A stretch of DNA of 64,000 nt from Octopus vulgaris (taxonomy: Eukaryota). The position numbers and the translations under genes were made by a program. Where the stretch lies: positions 69,750,001 through 69,814,000 of the forward strand of contig OX597816.1 in assembly GCA_951406725.2 (NCBI GenBank), written 5' to 3'. Numbering within the stretch: the stretch's first letter is position 1; every line of letters starts with the position of its first letter. Below are positions 14,364-27,199 of the stretch, piece by piece. The notes beneath the pieces are model-generated. The model was not told the origin of the DNA, searched no databases, and saw nothing but the letters and a program-made list of their open reading frames with translations.

Positions 14364-14937
14364 GGCGACGAGCTGGTAGAAACGTTAGCACGACGGGTGA
14401 AACGCTTAGCGGTTTTTCGTCTGCCGTTACGTTGTGAGTTCAAATTCCACCGAGGTCGAGTTTACCTTTCATCCGTTCAGGGTCGATAAATTAAGTACCA
14501 GTTACGCACTGGGGTCGATGTAATCGACTTAATCCGTTTGATTGTCCTTGTTTGTCCACTCTAAGTTTAGTCCCTTGTGGGTAATAAAGAAATAGGTATT
14601 TCGTCTACTGTTACGTTCTGAGTTCAAATTCCGCCGAGGTCGACTTTGCCTTTCATCCTTTCGGGGTCGATTAAATAAGTACCAGTTACGCACTGGGGTC
14701 GATATAATCGACTTAATCCGTTTGTCTGTCCTTGTTTGTTCTCTCTGTGCTTAGTCCCTTGTGGGTAGTAAAGAAATAGTTATTTCGTCTGTGTTTAAGG
14801 TCTGAGTTCAAATTCCACCGAGTTCGACTTATGCTTTTCCTCCTTTCGGGATCGATAAAATAAAGTACCAGTTGCGTCTAATCTACATGGCCCATCCCCC
14901 AAAATTTCGGGCCTTGTGCCTCGAGTAGAAAAGAATA
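14364..14937 (+). mobile_element. Trimeric SINE family B (one head plus three ~183-bp internal units)
   Basis: gagttcaaattcc...ggtcgat..aagtaccag repeated three times; TSD tagtataaaga at 14348-14358 and 14938-14948. Confidence 0.88.
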
Positions 14938-15210
14938 TAGTATAAAGAAATGAATAGCGTTTTAGAGATCTTGTGCAGCCTAATGTGTGTTCTGCAAGAA
15001 GAAATTTCAGGTAATTCAGATGTTCTCTGCAATTAATAGGGAAATAGTCCCTGTAGACCTGTTTTAAAAATAAAATTATGGGGATATAATTCCTATGAGA
15101 CGAAAATATAAAGCTGATGCAGATCGGAGGTGATCTGTACTTTACTAGCCATCATTTGTAAACTAAACGTATTTAAATAAGCTAAACATGCAAGGCGGCG
15201 AGCTGGCAAA

Positions 15211-15360
15211 ATGTTTAGAGCAGTGCTGAAAGGAAAGTGTGTCTCGTGTGATCATCGCATTGAGAATGGCAGAGAAAGTTGCACAGACAATCTGCATGAA
15301 ACGTTGCCAAAATCTTGGCGATACCGGTTCAGAAGCCTACGCAAAGTTTTCAAAAGATTT
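15211..15360 (+). mobile_element. mariner 5' UTR and N-terminal fragment
   Basis: Encodes MAEKVAQTICMKRCQNLGDTGSEAYAKF; its UTR matches the reverse complement of ~15790-15823. Confidence 0.6.
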
Positions 15361-15399
15361 TACCGTTCTTGACACAATTAAGGAAATTTTATGCAGCTG

Positions 15400-15962
15400 A
15401 AACCCGACTGTCTTATTGGTCAGCTGAAAGCGGTTTTGGCACAAACTTTGCAGACATGCATCTCATACTCAAATCTTTCATGATAATGGACTGAACCGAA
15501 CCGTAACTAATCTGGAAATCCTCTAATAACTCAAGGATGCTGATTCGATGATGTCCTCTCAGCTGCACGCGCATTTGCAATGTTTTTCTCAGTTCCTCCT
15601 GTTGCGGGTCTCCCAGAACCTTCGTCGATATCGACATATTTTCCTCCATCTTGGGACGTCTGAACCTCTCGTACCCCTGAGTGCGGCTCATACACTCCTC
15701 TCCATACAATTTCTTCAACTTTGCCTAGGCCTCTGATTAGGAATCACCATGAAAACTTACACTGTCATGGTTAATGTGACGATCAAATGCTACACACCTT
15801 CCTTCAAGGCACTGCTGTAAACAGAGAAAGTGAGAGAGAACGTAAAATTTTAATGTGCACACAAAATAGAATTCAAGGTCAATCTTTGCAAATCGGCTTT
15901 ATTCGGTATGCTCTAGCTTTGTTACTATTGCCACAGTCCGGCCAATTACTGATCAGATCTCG
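15400..15962 (-). mobile_element. mariner relic: 5' TIR plus frameshifted HTH region
   Basis: TA-CGAGATCTGATCAGTAA terminus at 15962; peptides KLYGEECMSRTQ and ISYGSVQSII..SAKFVPK. Confidence 0.8.
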
Positions 15963-15992
15963 TATGCATAACGTATATATATATGTATATAT

Positions 15993-16046
<54 letters not shown>

Positions 16047-16054
16047 CACATACA

Positions 16055-16093
<39 letters not shown>

Positions 16094-17320
16094 GCATTAA
16101 TACACAGACACACACACATACATACATGTATGTATGCATAATATATATATATATGTATATATACACACGCACATATATATATATATATACGTATTGAGAG
16201 AGAGACAACAGATATGTAGAGACAGATATATATATATATATGATAGCCACAATAAGCACAAAGTTCCGCTTACACTTTTTCCTTCAGATATATTGCCATA
16301 GTATTGCTATACACGCGTATTTAAATGCAATATGGAACAAGTTTCTGAAGCGATTGACATGAATATCTTTGTTTTACTTTATTTTGTCTTTTATTTGACT
16401 AAAATTTCCTTTTCTGTTTGTTTGCTTTTTTTTGTGTTTGTGTCTTTCTGATTTGTTGTTTTTTTTTGTTTTTTTCGGTTTACGAACACAATGTGTGGAG
16501 ATAAAAAATAGTTATGTCAGCTCCTTGTCGCAGCTGGATATAAAGAGCGTTATCGAAAAGACAATTTCAAAAACCAATAAGTTGTAAATACTGCAACATA
16601 CACCATAGCAAAACATTCTCTCGCATATAAATAAATACATACATAGATACATACATACATACATAGACAAACACGTTCTAATACATATACATATATACTT
16701 ATATACATATCCAAATATACATTAACACACACGCACGTTATTACTTGCAGTCCCTTGCACAAAATCACACCTGGTACATATACACATAAAGAACTCCATC
16801 TATGGACTCACAAACACACTTACACATAAAGGCAATATACATAGAAGCTCAAAATACACGAGTGCACACAGACACGTAAACACCTATATCTTTTAACACT
16901 TCGATACACAAATGGTGCAAACAAACGAAACGCATACACACATATGAGTGTATAAAATTGCACATACATATTTTCGAGTTCTTACACTCGTAATCGTAGC
17001 GCAAACAAAACGACTACACCAGACAAACAGTGTGAAATACGCTACAAACACAGACTCTCTCTTCCCGTCCTCTCTCTCTCTCTCTCACTCTATCTCTTTT
17101 GCTGTGTTCATGTCTCTCTTCCCGTGCTTATCATTCTCTCTCTATATATATTTCTTTCTCTATATATATATCTCTCTATCTCGCTCACGTTCTGCAATAT
17201 GATGTGTAGTTTGATAAATAGTGGATTATGAATTTCAGACAGTCACATTATGCAGCTACTATTAAGTCAACTGGAAGATATGCATCAGTAGAATGTCTCG
17301 GGGTTGCAGTATACTGTGCC

Positions 17321-17604
17321 ACTCCGTCGTCTACAAGGAAACAACCTTCTCGAGAAATTAACGTTCAGGTGACTGAGCACTGCGCAGACAGGCATACCCT
17401 TAGTGTAGTTTTCGGCTTGACACAGAATGTGACAAGACTGGCCCTCCTTTGAACTACAGGTACAACTCATTCTGACACTTAAGTGAATTGGAGCAACGTG
17501 AAGTAAGGTTTCTTACTCAAGGACATATCACGTAGTCGAGAATCGAACTCACGATCATATGACCGGGAGCCAGATTTCCTAACCACTATGCCACGCACCT
17601 TCAC
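17321..17604 (-). mobile_element. tRNA/CORE-like SINE family A
   Basis: Homologous to 46700-47031 over its full length. Confidence 0.8.
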
Positions 17605-17683
17605 ACTGTAACATAGTTGATTCTTTCTTTTTGATTCTGAGTTACATTAGCATTTCATGTTTTCGTCGATCAATGAAATAATT

Positions 17684-17923
17684 TATTTCTTTATTGACCA
17701 CAAGGAGGGGGGTGCTAAACATAGAGGGGACAAACAAAGGACAGACAAAGGAAATAAGTCGATTACATTGACTCCAGTGTGTAACTGATACTTATTTAAT
17801 CGACCCCGAAAGGATAAAAAGCCAAGTCTACCTCGGTGGAATTTGAACTCAGAACGTAACGGCAGACGAAATACCGCTAAGTATTTCGCCCGGCGTGTTA
17901 ACTATTCTGCCAGCACGCCGCTC
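17684..17923 (-). mobile_element. SINE family B monomer
   Basis: Matches the first unit of the 14364 element; TSD tgaaataatt at 17674-17683 and 17924-17933. Confidence 0.88.
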
Positions 17924-17937
17924 TGAAATAATTGTTA

Positions 17938-18095
17938 CTGTGCCGGTGACCAGGTTGCATTTAGTGCGACGAAAATTTTTGATAGCAAATAATAAACGTT
18001 TAAGTGAAGTTAAACAGTGTTTGTGCGTTTCTGAGTGGTTAATATGTGTCTATCACATTGTAATTGTTTTACCTTCAATACACGTGAGGTACATC
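17938..18095 (+). mobile_element. PLE terminal fragment family 1, second copy, with G3-C8 hammerhead-like core
   Basis: GTGACCA-g-gttgca(tttag)tgcgac-GAAA-attttt; stem I eroded; downstream sequence resembles the reverse complement of 2965-3080. Confidence 0.55.
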
Positions 18096-19923
18096 AGAGA
18101 AACACCCATGGCGTCTACCGGACTGAATTATATCTTTTCGTTATTGAAAACCCTTTATTTTTCCAGAGTTTACCACATGAATTACTACATGTTGTTTAGT
18201 CGATGACAACAGAAACTTAAAATATAACTATTTCTTCTTATTTTTGCAAGCAGTTGTTTCATTAAAAAAAAAGACACGTTATCTAGTACGTCTCCCCTCA
18301 CAAACACACTGAAAGCATTAGCATGAGATTTTATAAAACATATGTTTGTTACATCAAAATCAAATCTAGTGGAACAAACACAACGAAGCTCCTCTTCATT
18401 CACTCATAACTGTGTTTGCAATAACACAATATACTGTGAATATAGCAACATTTTTCGATTGCTATATTACATGATACTATAATGGTTGCTCTGATATATT
18501 CCTATGCCACAGTTTTCATTTTACGTTCTATTTTTGACCAATTATTGGTCTTCATCGTTTTGCCTTCTACTTCTTTTTTAATTTTGTTGTCTCATTAGGC
18601 TGTCTCTTACACTGAATCTTTTCGTTATATGATTATACTATTTGTTTGGTTTCATTTTTATAAACGCTATAAATCATTCGCCGGCTTTTTGCTTATATAT
18701 CACATAATTCCATCGCTCCACATATGCTGTCGCTTCTTAATTGCTCTCATGTCTTACACGCCCTATTCTCTATTACTTTTCGTAATTCTGTTTTCTCGTC
18801 TTTCTACCCTAATCTCTCCCTGTGTTTCCTTTCCCTTTCTCTCCTAGATTTTCTTTTTCACATTCCCCAAACAAGTGACCAGGCCAAATTTTAGATTTCC
18901 TTTCTTCTTCCAGCAAACTAACAATATTATTCGTTGTGCGATATTTATCTGCGTGATTTTTGCCAATAGAGGCCACCACATGTCTCAATGAATTTCTATA
19001 ATCTCTCTGTGATCAGTGTGAGTTCAACTCATAATATAAAATGACTGAATAACTGAATGTATAAGTAATAAGCACTTTCTGGAGGGTCAGCGGGCATAGC
19101 AACCCAAAATGATTTTCACAGGTTCTTGGCAGAACTATCGTTTTTAATTTTATATTTAAATTTTGACTGCTCAGAGAAAATGTCAATATTGTGGCCTTCT
19201 TAATGTTTTCTTTGAATGTTTCGAAGAATGAAGGAAACATTTTGCCTATATAAAGATCAATCCTGAATGTAGGAAACAGACTGGAATCTGCTAACATAAA
19301 ACTCAAGTTAAAAAGAGCAGCGAATTAAATCTAACAGCCATATAAGTCCCAAATTAATGGGCAATGACAAAATGAAGTCTGCCAATTACCGACCTGTTCT
19401 TTCTCCAATTCTTTACCTAATTCCATGACATATAAGATACAATTTCTTCAAAAAGTGATCTTGGAAATCATCCGGAGTCCTATTCATAGAATTGGTCTGT
19501 CCATAAGCTTTAAAGTCCTAAGAACGTTTTCCCTGATTATGCGCTTCTGCAATCAGGGTTCGCCTTATGTACCATGAAATACATTACGTATGTAACATTA
19601 CATTGATGCAAATGTTTTTTTCATTCTTCAAAACAGTAGTGTATGATAGGAGGGATAATACGCTATTATTTCCAGTGGGTCGAGCGATCACACAGTAGAG
19701 ACATATGGACTCATACCTACGGGCCCTATCTGTCTCTCAGTAAAACAAGTTAGATGATTTACGAAAGTTACCAGAATATAAGAAGCATCCCCTCTTACGA
19801 GAAATGTCCCAGTCACGTGACCTACATATACGGGATGCACATCCTGTAGTTTACAACTCCTTAACACCATTAAATATTTATAAAATTATAAACTATTCAA
19901 CTTAAATTATAGCGAAGTACTAA

Positions 19924-20150
19924 GGCGGCGAGCTGGCAGAATCGTTAGCATACTGGATTAAATGCTTAGCAGCATTTCGCCAATCGCTACGTTCTGAGTA
20001 CAAATTCTGCCGAAGTCGACTCTCGGCTTCGCCTTTCATCCTTCATTTCGGGGTCGATAAATAAAGTACCAGTGAAACACTGGGGTCGGTCTAATCGACT
20101 GGTCGCCTCCCCGAAAATGTCAGACTTTATGTCTAACGTAGAAAAGATTA
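19924..20150 (+). mobile_element. SINE family B monomer
   Basis: ggcggcgagctggcagaatcgttagc head; ggggtcgataaataaagtaccag body; gtagaaaagatta tail. Confidence 0.85.
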
Positions 20151-21409
20151 TAGTCAGGCAATGTGGTTAACGATTTCGTTTCCCAATGAGATTATTCTAA
20201 AATACAAGAACTCATGCGAATACCACAGCGTGTTCTCTACCACGACTCCAGGCTGATAGTATTCACTGTTATGATGTGCTCTGTATAATAGACAAGAAAC
20301 AACCGATTACTTGAGAACAAAATAACAGTAACGGACGGGCGAAGACAGGGCAGGGCGGCTGACGCGGTATATGTATTTTTTTTTTCACAAGGTAGAGTGG
20401 TGTTATTTTAAGTGTAATTTTACTTGTACCTCTAGTTATTCAAATGACCTTTGGTTTTTACCTAGACGGACTGAAAATTAGAGCTTATGAAACGAAAATT
20501 TCAAGAATATTCGTTGAATAGGTACATAATAAAAGATTCCTTTTTCACAAGAATATCTGTTCAATGGATACATGAAAATGCTTATTATTACTTGGCAGTA
20601 ATCAACAATAATTGAGCATACCTACAATAAAATGTTATAACATTGACCTTCACATATTCACCTGTCCTTCCTATTTTTAAGATAGCAGAACTATATTTTA
20701 GGGAGATTTCGGCTACAATTTTCGAGAGCAGATCACCCATCTTTCTTAGGGTTTCCCCTTAATGAATAATAACAATACTAGTTATATCCTGAGTCAATCA
20801 GTTCAAGAATACATTCTCACTTAAGTGGGTAATACTTGTAATTCTTAGTATATCTATTTTCGACAACCGTGAAGCAGCTATTACTTACGAAAATGAGAAG
20901 ATTGTATGTAGTGCTGGTAATGAGTGGAGTTCACATTATACCAACAGTAAAACGGTTTTCGTTTCTTTTATATTGAACAACTATTATTGAAATAATTGCC
21001 TTAAGTTTTATAAATTGAGTGGTTAGAATGTAAATATAGTCTCGTGCTGTATGTTTTGTTAATCAATTTTACATCGATTTTTACTAGAATATTAATGTTG
21101 AAGATTATTCAATACAGCTGTTGTACGTATTGATTCTGCAAAACTGAGGATTCAAGTGATTGCAAAGAGACTTATCTAAAACTACTTCAGTTTGAAGTAC
21201 AAAATGCAATCGTTTGCTAAGGTATTTAAAAGATTAGAAACTATCGAATATTTTTTTCTCTCTCTCACAAAAGTATTTCTTTAATAAGAAATATGTGAGA
21301 CCAGCTGCTCCGTTTCTGATTAATGACTGAATTATCGATACAGAGAATTTTCTCTAAAAGATTTTTCTAATTCTTGTTGAGTGTAATTCTTTTCTCTCTT
21401 TGTCACACA

Positions 21410-21440
<31 letters not shown>

Positions 21441-21970
21441 TCTCTTTCTCTCTCTCTTTCTCCCTTCCTTTTTCTCTCTTTTTATCTCTCTCTTTCCCTC
21501 TCTGTCTTTACAGATATCAAATTAAATCCTCATCTGAGAAATTAAATCTGTTTCTACAGCTGTTTGACAAAGATCAGGTCAACGTACAAACATTATCTTA
21601 TATTAACAATCAAATACTAATTTATTATACATGTGGAGTAAAAAAAACTCGTTTTAAACAATATTTATATAGACTCTAATTAAGTTTCCACATTTTTTCT
21701 TTATTTGATTTTTTAATAAACATAGCAAGGGGAAGTAATTTGCATTGAATAAAATAATGAAGAAATCTCAAAGTAGTTTTGTTTATTTGCAACAAATATA
21801 TACGTAAATTTTCGATTTGTACTGAACGATGTTGAAAATTAAGAAACACGTTAGATAATGGATTTGAAATACGCTGCCGAATATAGGGCTGGGAAGATTA
21901 AGGCTAGAATAACTTTCCTGATAATTATGGTCAATCTCAGAGATCATAATTTAAACAACAATCGCAATAG

Positions 21971-22096
21971 CAAAAGAAGTCGATAGAATAAGTACTAGGT
22001 TTACAAAGAATAAGTCCTGGGGTCGATTTGCTCGACTAAAGGTGTGCACCAGCATGGCCGCAGTCAAATGACTGAAACAAATAAAAGAGTAAAAGT
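21971..22096 (+). mobile_element. SINE family C 3' fragment
   Basis: gatagaataagtactagg...ccagcatggccgcagtcaaatgactgaaacaa. Confidence 0.8.
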
Positions 22097-22575
22097 AATA
22101 ATAATTGGTAATTTAACATGATACCTAATATAGACGAAAGGCATTAATCATGATATTCTAATAATTAAACGAAAGAAGCATAATTGAATGTTTTAGATTA
22201 ATACCTACTTTAAAATTTTGGTTTGCATAAATAGTTTACTGGAGATAAAAGCTTAATAATAGCTTACTTAAAATAATTCAATTACGTCTTAAACTTCAAA
22301 AGTTGATAAATATGCACGGTGCTGAAATATAAACGTACTAATTACGTAACAGATCAACTTACACTATGGCGCATATTTGCAAAATTTACTTTAAAATTTA
22401 CAGACAACCACTATATTTCTTCAGTGTTTTTTTTCATTCATTATATATTAAAATACTTCTATGCTAACATAATTTTGTTGTATGACAACAGTCTGAGATG
22501 GATTGTACAGTATGTCATTTTACATTTGTAATATTCCTGACGCCTCTGTCTTCACTTGTTAAATATATATATATA

Positions 22576-23457
22576 CGAGGTGGTATAAAAACGCTCCTGG
22601 ACTAGTTCTGTAACGCGCCAACAGCTGGCAGCACACTTTTGCGTGCGCAATGAAAGCTAGCTGTGGTGACCTTCATGAGGCAATGTGTCGAGTGACATCG
22701 CTGTGTTTACTTCGCAAGTTGTGAAATTTGTGTTTATGTGAAGACGTGTATGTAAGTGTAATAGATGTAAGTGTTCTTACTGATACGAATATATATGTAA
22801 AGGAATTTGACAAATTAAGTAAATATAAGGACTTGGAACTTGAAATACAAAAGATGTGGCATCTTAAAGCGAGAATTGTTCCTGCGATTTTTGTCATGGA
22901 CAGGATGTTGGAGCAGAGAGCCAATGTAAAATTATGCGTTAAACTTGGGATATCTGCTACAGAAACATTGAGCATGCTTCAGCAAGTTTATGGTGACGAG
23001 GCAATAGGTCGTACACAATGTTTGGAGCGTATGGGTATTTCAAAAGCGGAATAATGTCCCTAGATGACGACGAATGATCTGGAAGAAATACCATGAGTGT
23101 CACCCCCGGTAATGTGGAGAATATTTATCAGGATTGTGCATGAGGATCAGCACAATCACCGATATACTGGTGAGGCTGCACGTCTGCCGTATGGATGCGT
23201 ACAGTTAATTCTAACTGCTGGATTTTTACAACAACAATGCATCTTATAACCGAGCTCTGTCCATACATAAGTTTCTCGGCAAGCACAACATAGTATCGCT
23301 TCTTCACCTGCCCTATTCACCAGATTTAGCACCTGCAGACTTCTGCCTCTTCTCCAACATAAAACTTCAGCTCAAAGACCGTCATTTTAACACCGTTGTC
23401 GAGATGCAAAGTAAATCGCAGACGGTCCTCGACTCGATTACGGAAAACGTCTTCCGG
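22576..23457 (+). mobile_element. Internally deleted mariner relic with 5' TIR, 3' end lost
   Basis: TA-CGAGG start; MDRMLEQRANVKLCVKLGISATETLSMLQQVYGD; LPYSPDLAPADFCLF. Confidence 0.88.
22758..22884 (+). mobile_element. Short R4/Dong-type RLE endonuclease fragment inside the mariner 5' UTR
   Basis: Encodes IDVSVLTDTNIYVKEFDKLSKYKDLELEIQKMWHLKARIVP, the RLE D..P.D/K..KY.DL region; similar to the peptide at ~53450-53580. Confidence 0.8.
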
Positions 23458-23480
23458 ACCGGAAGACGTTTTTCGTAATC

Positions 23481-24700
23481 TTGACCGACCAGATTATCGG
23501 GTGTGATTTGGGTACCACTGATCACAGCACGCCGTCCATTCCACTCTGGATCGTACCTTCCTCAGCCACATAGATCCAAACGCTTGTCTTATTTCCTCAA
23601 CACTCTGTTTTGGAGGCCTTCCGAGTTAGCGCTCCCGCTCACGCGGGTACCATTCTGCTCTGCGATGTGTACGCGATGTGTACGCCCTACGTGAAATTCT
23701 ACCTTCTATATTCTGCGATGATGTCTCGCACATCAGATTCCTCTCTGATCGCTTCCCTCCGAATATGCTCTTTCAGAGACATTCCCAGCATTGACCTTCT
23801 TTTTGCTCTTTCAGAAGTTATCTACCTCTGCTCCTCTCGATTCATCGTGGTCTAGGTTTCGCTGCCGTACAAATAAATGTGCAGGTACAACCTTGCCGTT
23901 GAAGAGACTGGTGCAAGTGGTCCAATTTAACTTCCCTTTAAGCACATCTTTGGTGGAGTTGAACGCTTTCCATCCGGCCTTTAATCACCGCGAGATCTTC
24001 TCCATGTCTCAGTGCAAATTCAATTCATGTCCACCTCCTCTATTTCATCGTCTCCAACCACAACTTTGAGGCCTATTGCTGTCTATTTGGACAGCATGAA
24101 CTTGGTTTTCCTGTGGTTCATTTTGAGGCCTACTTCCGAGCTTCTAATGTCCATCGCTGTCAGCATGGTCTACAGTTGATTTGTCGTCATGGTAATGAGC
24201 GTTGTGTCGTCAGCGAAACTGTAGTGCGTCATGCTACCTCACCAGTCGATGCTTTTGATGATCTGCTCGAGACACTCGGTGAAGTGTTTCAAAAGGCGGT
24301 GTCTACCTACTTGACGGCCTTTTCCCCCGGTGTTCTTATGGTTGACAACAGTAGAGATATGTCGGTGGTACATCTAGAATTTGCCACGTGGACAAGTTGA
24401 ATGTATTGCACCATGGCTCCATGCTTCCGAAACCACCTCAGCAATGTGTTGATCTCTACCCTTTCGAAGTCCTTCACGTGGTCCACGAACTCAACGTGCA
24501 GAAGAGTCTGTATTCTTTCGCTCCATCAATTGGGCCAAACGCTACAATATGAACCTCGCGCCTGCTTCTGCTTAGGCAATCCAGCTACATGGCTGGTAGT
24601 CAGGTACATATGCAGCATGGTTAGTCATACAAATATATTCTGAATTGTATCCAGCCATCATAGATACCCGACAGCCAGTGTCGCTTTTCGAATTTTGGAG
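23481..24700 (-). mobile_element. RTE-clade LINE, 5'-truncated and degenerate
   Basis: RT motif QFADDTTLI at ~24195-24225; 3' end ctggtcggtcaag homologous to 56465-56566. Confidence 0.85.
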
Positions 24701-24748
24701 GTACTGATGCAGGATTTCGCAGCAAATATTATACCTATCTATCTATCA

Positions 24749-24813
<65 letters not shown>

Positions 24814-26291
24814 TGTGTGTGAGTGTATGTATGTGTGTGTGTGTGTGTGTGTAAATGTGCGTGCTTGTGTCTGTGTGCGCGCCGTTGAGTGTAAAACGCG
24901 CACTGTATCTTCCAGTCAACAGAATATCTAAAAAAACACTCTTAAATTTTATTGTTATTATACACAAGTTGCTCAAATCTTTTTTACTATGTTTTCCCGT
25001 GAAGTATCGCAGATTACATTTTCCCTATTGTAATGTTCATTAAAAAGAAACATGCAAGTATTCAGCTTCTCACATCCCTAAACAAAAGCTAATTAATTTT
25101 GAGCTTCCAAATAAAATCTAAATGTTTACATTTAGCAACATAGTAAAACTCGTTCAATGCAAAGAATGTCCTGATTTAACCTATGTTCTAACGATAAAGC
25201 AGCATCATAGAAACTCCGTACGCGCTTTGTTTAAAAACGTAAACATGTATTCATTGTTCATTCTAAGGTTAACCAATAATAAATTTAATTTGGTAAATTT
25301 AATTATGAAAAAAAAAAAGGAAGAAAGGAAACAAATAGAATTTGTGAATAAGAAAAGTAAAAAAAGTATTTAAAAACAAGAATCTTTGAATTGCTTCAAT
25401 CTGTACTATTTACAAAACCTCGATCTAAAACAGGATCTGATTGAGATGATTGAATAACTTACAATAAAAGAACCAGAAACATCTGCTAGAATGCGAAGAG
25501 TTTTGACAAATTTAGATTTAATGAGGTCGCAAAATAACGCACAGCTGAGCGATTAAACAGTACACAAGTTTATAGTTAAGAAAATGGAATAAATATGAGT
25601 GCTCTGAGGCACAGAATCTTATTTTGTTTTCCGAAACTTACAGAATTAATTTATTCTGACGCCGCCACCAACTGGTGATTGGTTCCGTTCTCCTCGAGTC
25701 AAGTGTGTCATTCTTTCCAATGTTAGCATTTTTGTTTCTCTTCCTTCTTTACTATTTTTATCATTCTGCCTATCATACTGACACTTTACATCTCATTAGC
25801 AACGACGTGTTGCACCTATGATTGACATATAAATAGGTTGGTTGTGTGCTCTAGCGGTTCTGGAATTAAGTCGATTTTGTGACAACAATCACAAAACTGT
25901 GTCGACCAAACCCTTATTAGTGCAATGTGATACAATACAAATCCTTGTGGAAGCTTATCCTGTATGTAAGTATAACAAGTCAACACGTGTGGATGTACGA
26001 GTGTGTGTGTGAACGCCTTTGTTTGTGTCTCTGTGTGTGCGTGTTTGTGTGTGTATTTCCTGGTGATATATAATGCTGAAACAACCGTGAGGAAAAAACA
26101 AATAACGAACAAACCAGCGCTTAAGGGGGAATTTCATTTTTGCTTTAAATCTATACGGATTTCGTAGATAATACTGCGTTATTCTACTCCTCGCCATGTC
26201 AGTAATTGTTTGATGATAAACTGTAACCGTTGATGTTATTGGCTACCGAATGCTATAAGAAGAAATATATTCGTGTTTAAATTTTCAAACG

Positions 26292-26368
<77 letters not shown>

Positions 26369-26393
26369 CTCTATCTCTCTCTCTATCTATCTC

Positions 26394-26440
<47 letters not shown>

Positions 26441-26499
26441 TGTTTCAAGGAGAGAAACAATTAGTTTTAAATCTCAGACCGAAAATGATAAGAGTGCTC

Positions 26500-26777
26500 C
26501 ATAGTAGAGTCTATTTGCCAACATATAAGGGCAGTCTTGATTAGGAAAGTGTTGCTACCTATTGTTTGACCCAGGTAAACATCTTATCCAGAAAACATTG
26601 GTCCGCAGGTACCGTTTATGTTTGAGTGAGGACACTAGCTCCATTGTTCGAGGCATAAGGAGGTAGTTGTGCGTTGATAGGCAGCTGGAAAAGATGTTTT
26701 CCTGGGGCTAAAAAAAGTAGTAATACCGTCCTAAGCAGGACTACCATTTTGCGTTGGCAAATATACTTTACTCTATG
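26500..26777. mobile_element. MITE-like element with ~92-bp imperfect TIRs
   Basis: catag..agt.tatttgccaa...cccagg.aaacatctt.tccag is present in inverted orientation at both ends (26500-26591 and 26685-26777). Confidence 0.7.
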
Positions 26778-26806
26778 CACACACACACACATATATAGCC
26801 TATTGA

Positions 26807-26863
<57 letters not shown>

Positions 26864-26887
26864 ATATGTTACATTACTCGATAGTGA

Positions 26888-26947
26888 AGATAAAACTCTG
26901 AGTTTCAGATGCCGAAGTGGGAATCCAAGACATCTCTTCGGTTATCT
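26888..26947 (-). ncRNA. Minimal type I hammerhead ribozyme in the PLE 3' terminal region
   Basis: agataa-CCGAAGA-gatgtc(15 nt)ggcatc-t-GAAA-ctcagag-TT-ttatct; U4 is C, and there is one extra U before GAAA. Confidence 0.7.
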
Positions 26948-27199
26948 GGCTATTTGAAAACGCTATGAAAATATACCGTTATAGAAAGGGAAATTACTGT
27001 GTTATAACTCTGCTTGCCTGCGTACTTATACATTGCTCGCATTTTTCGCCATAAAAATTATATAAAAATACATAAAAAATATATAAGAAATATATAAAAA
27101 TATACATAAAATATATGATAGAAGGTGTGATGAGGTAAAAAAAAACCTTCTTGGGATATATCATAGAAAGCATGTTCTATCTGTTTTCTTTAGGGGAAC

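Noticed and set aside
14410-14937. Regularly spaced repeats suggestive of a CRISPR array or retrozyme
   Set aside because: Whole units are repeated with no unique spacers, the context is eukaryotic, and I found no hammerhead core in the unit
19090-19560. Possible very old LINE RT remnant (ANYRPV)
   Set aside because: Only one short motif; too decayed to support
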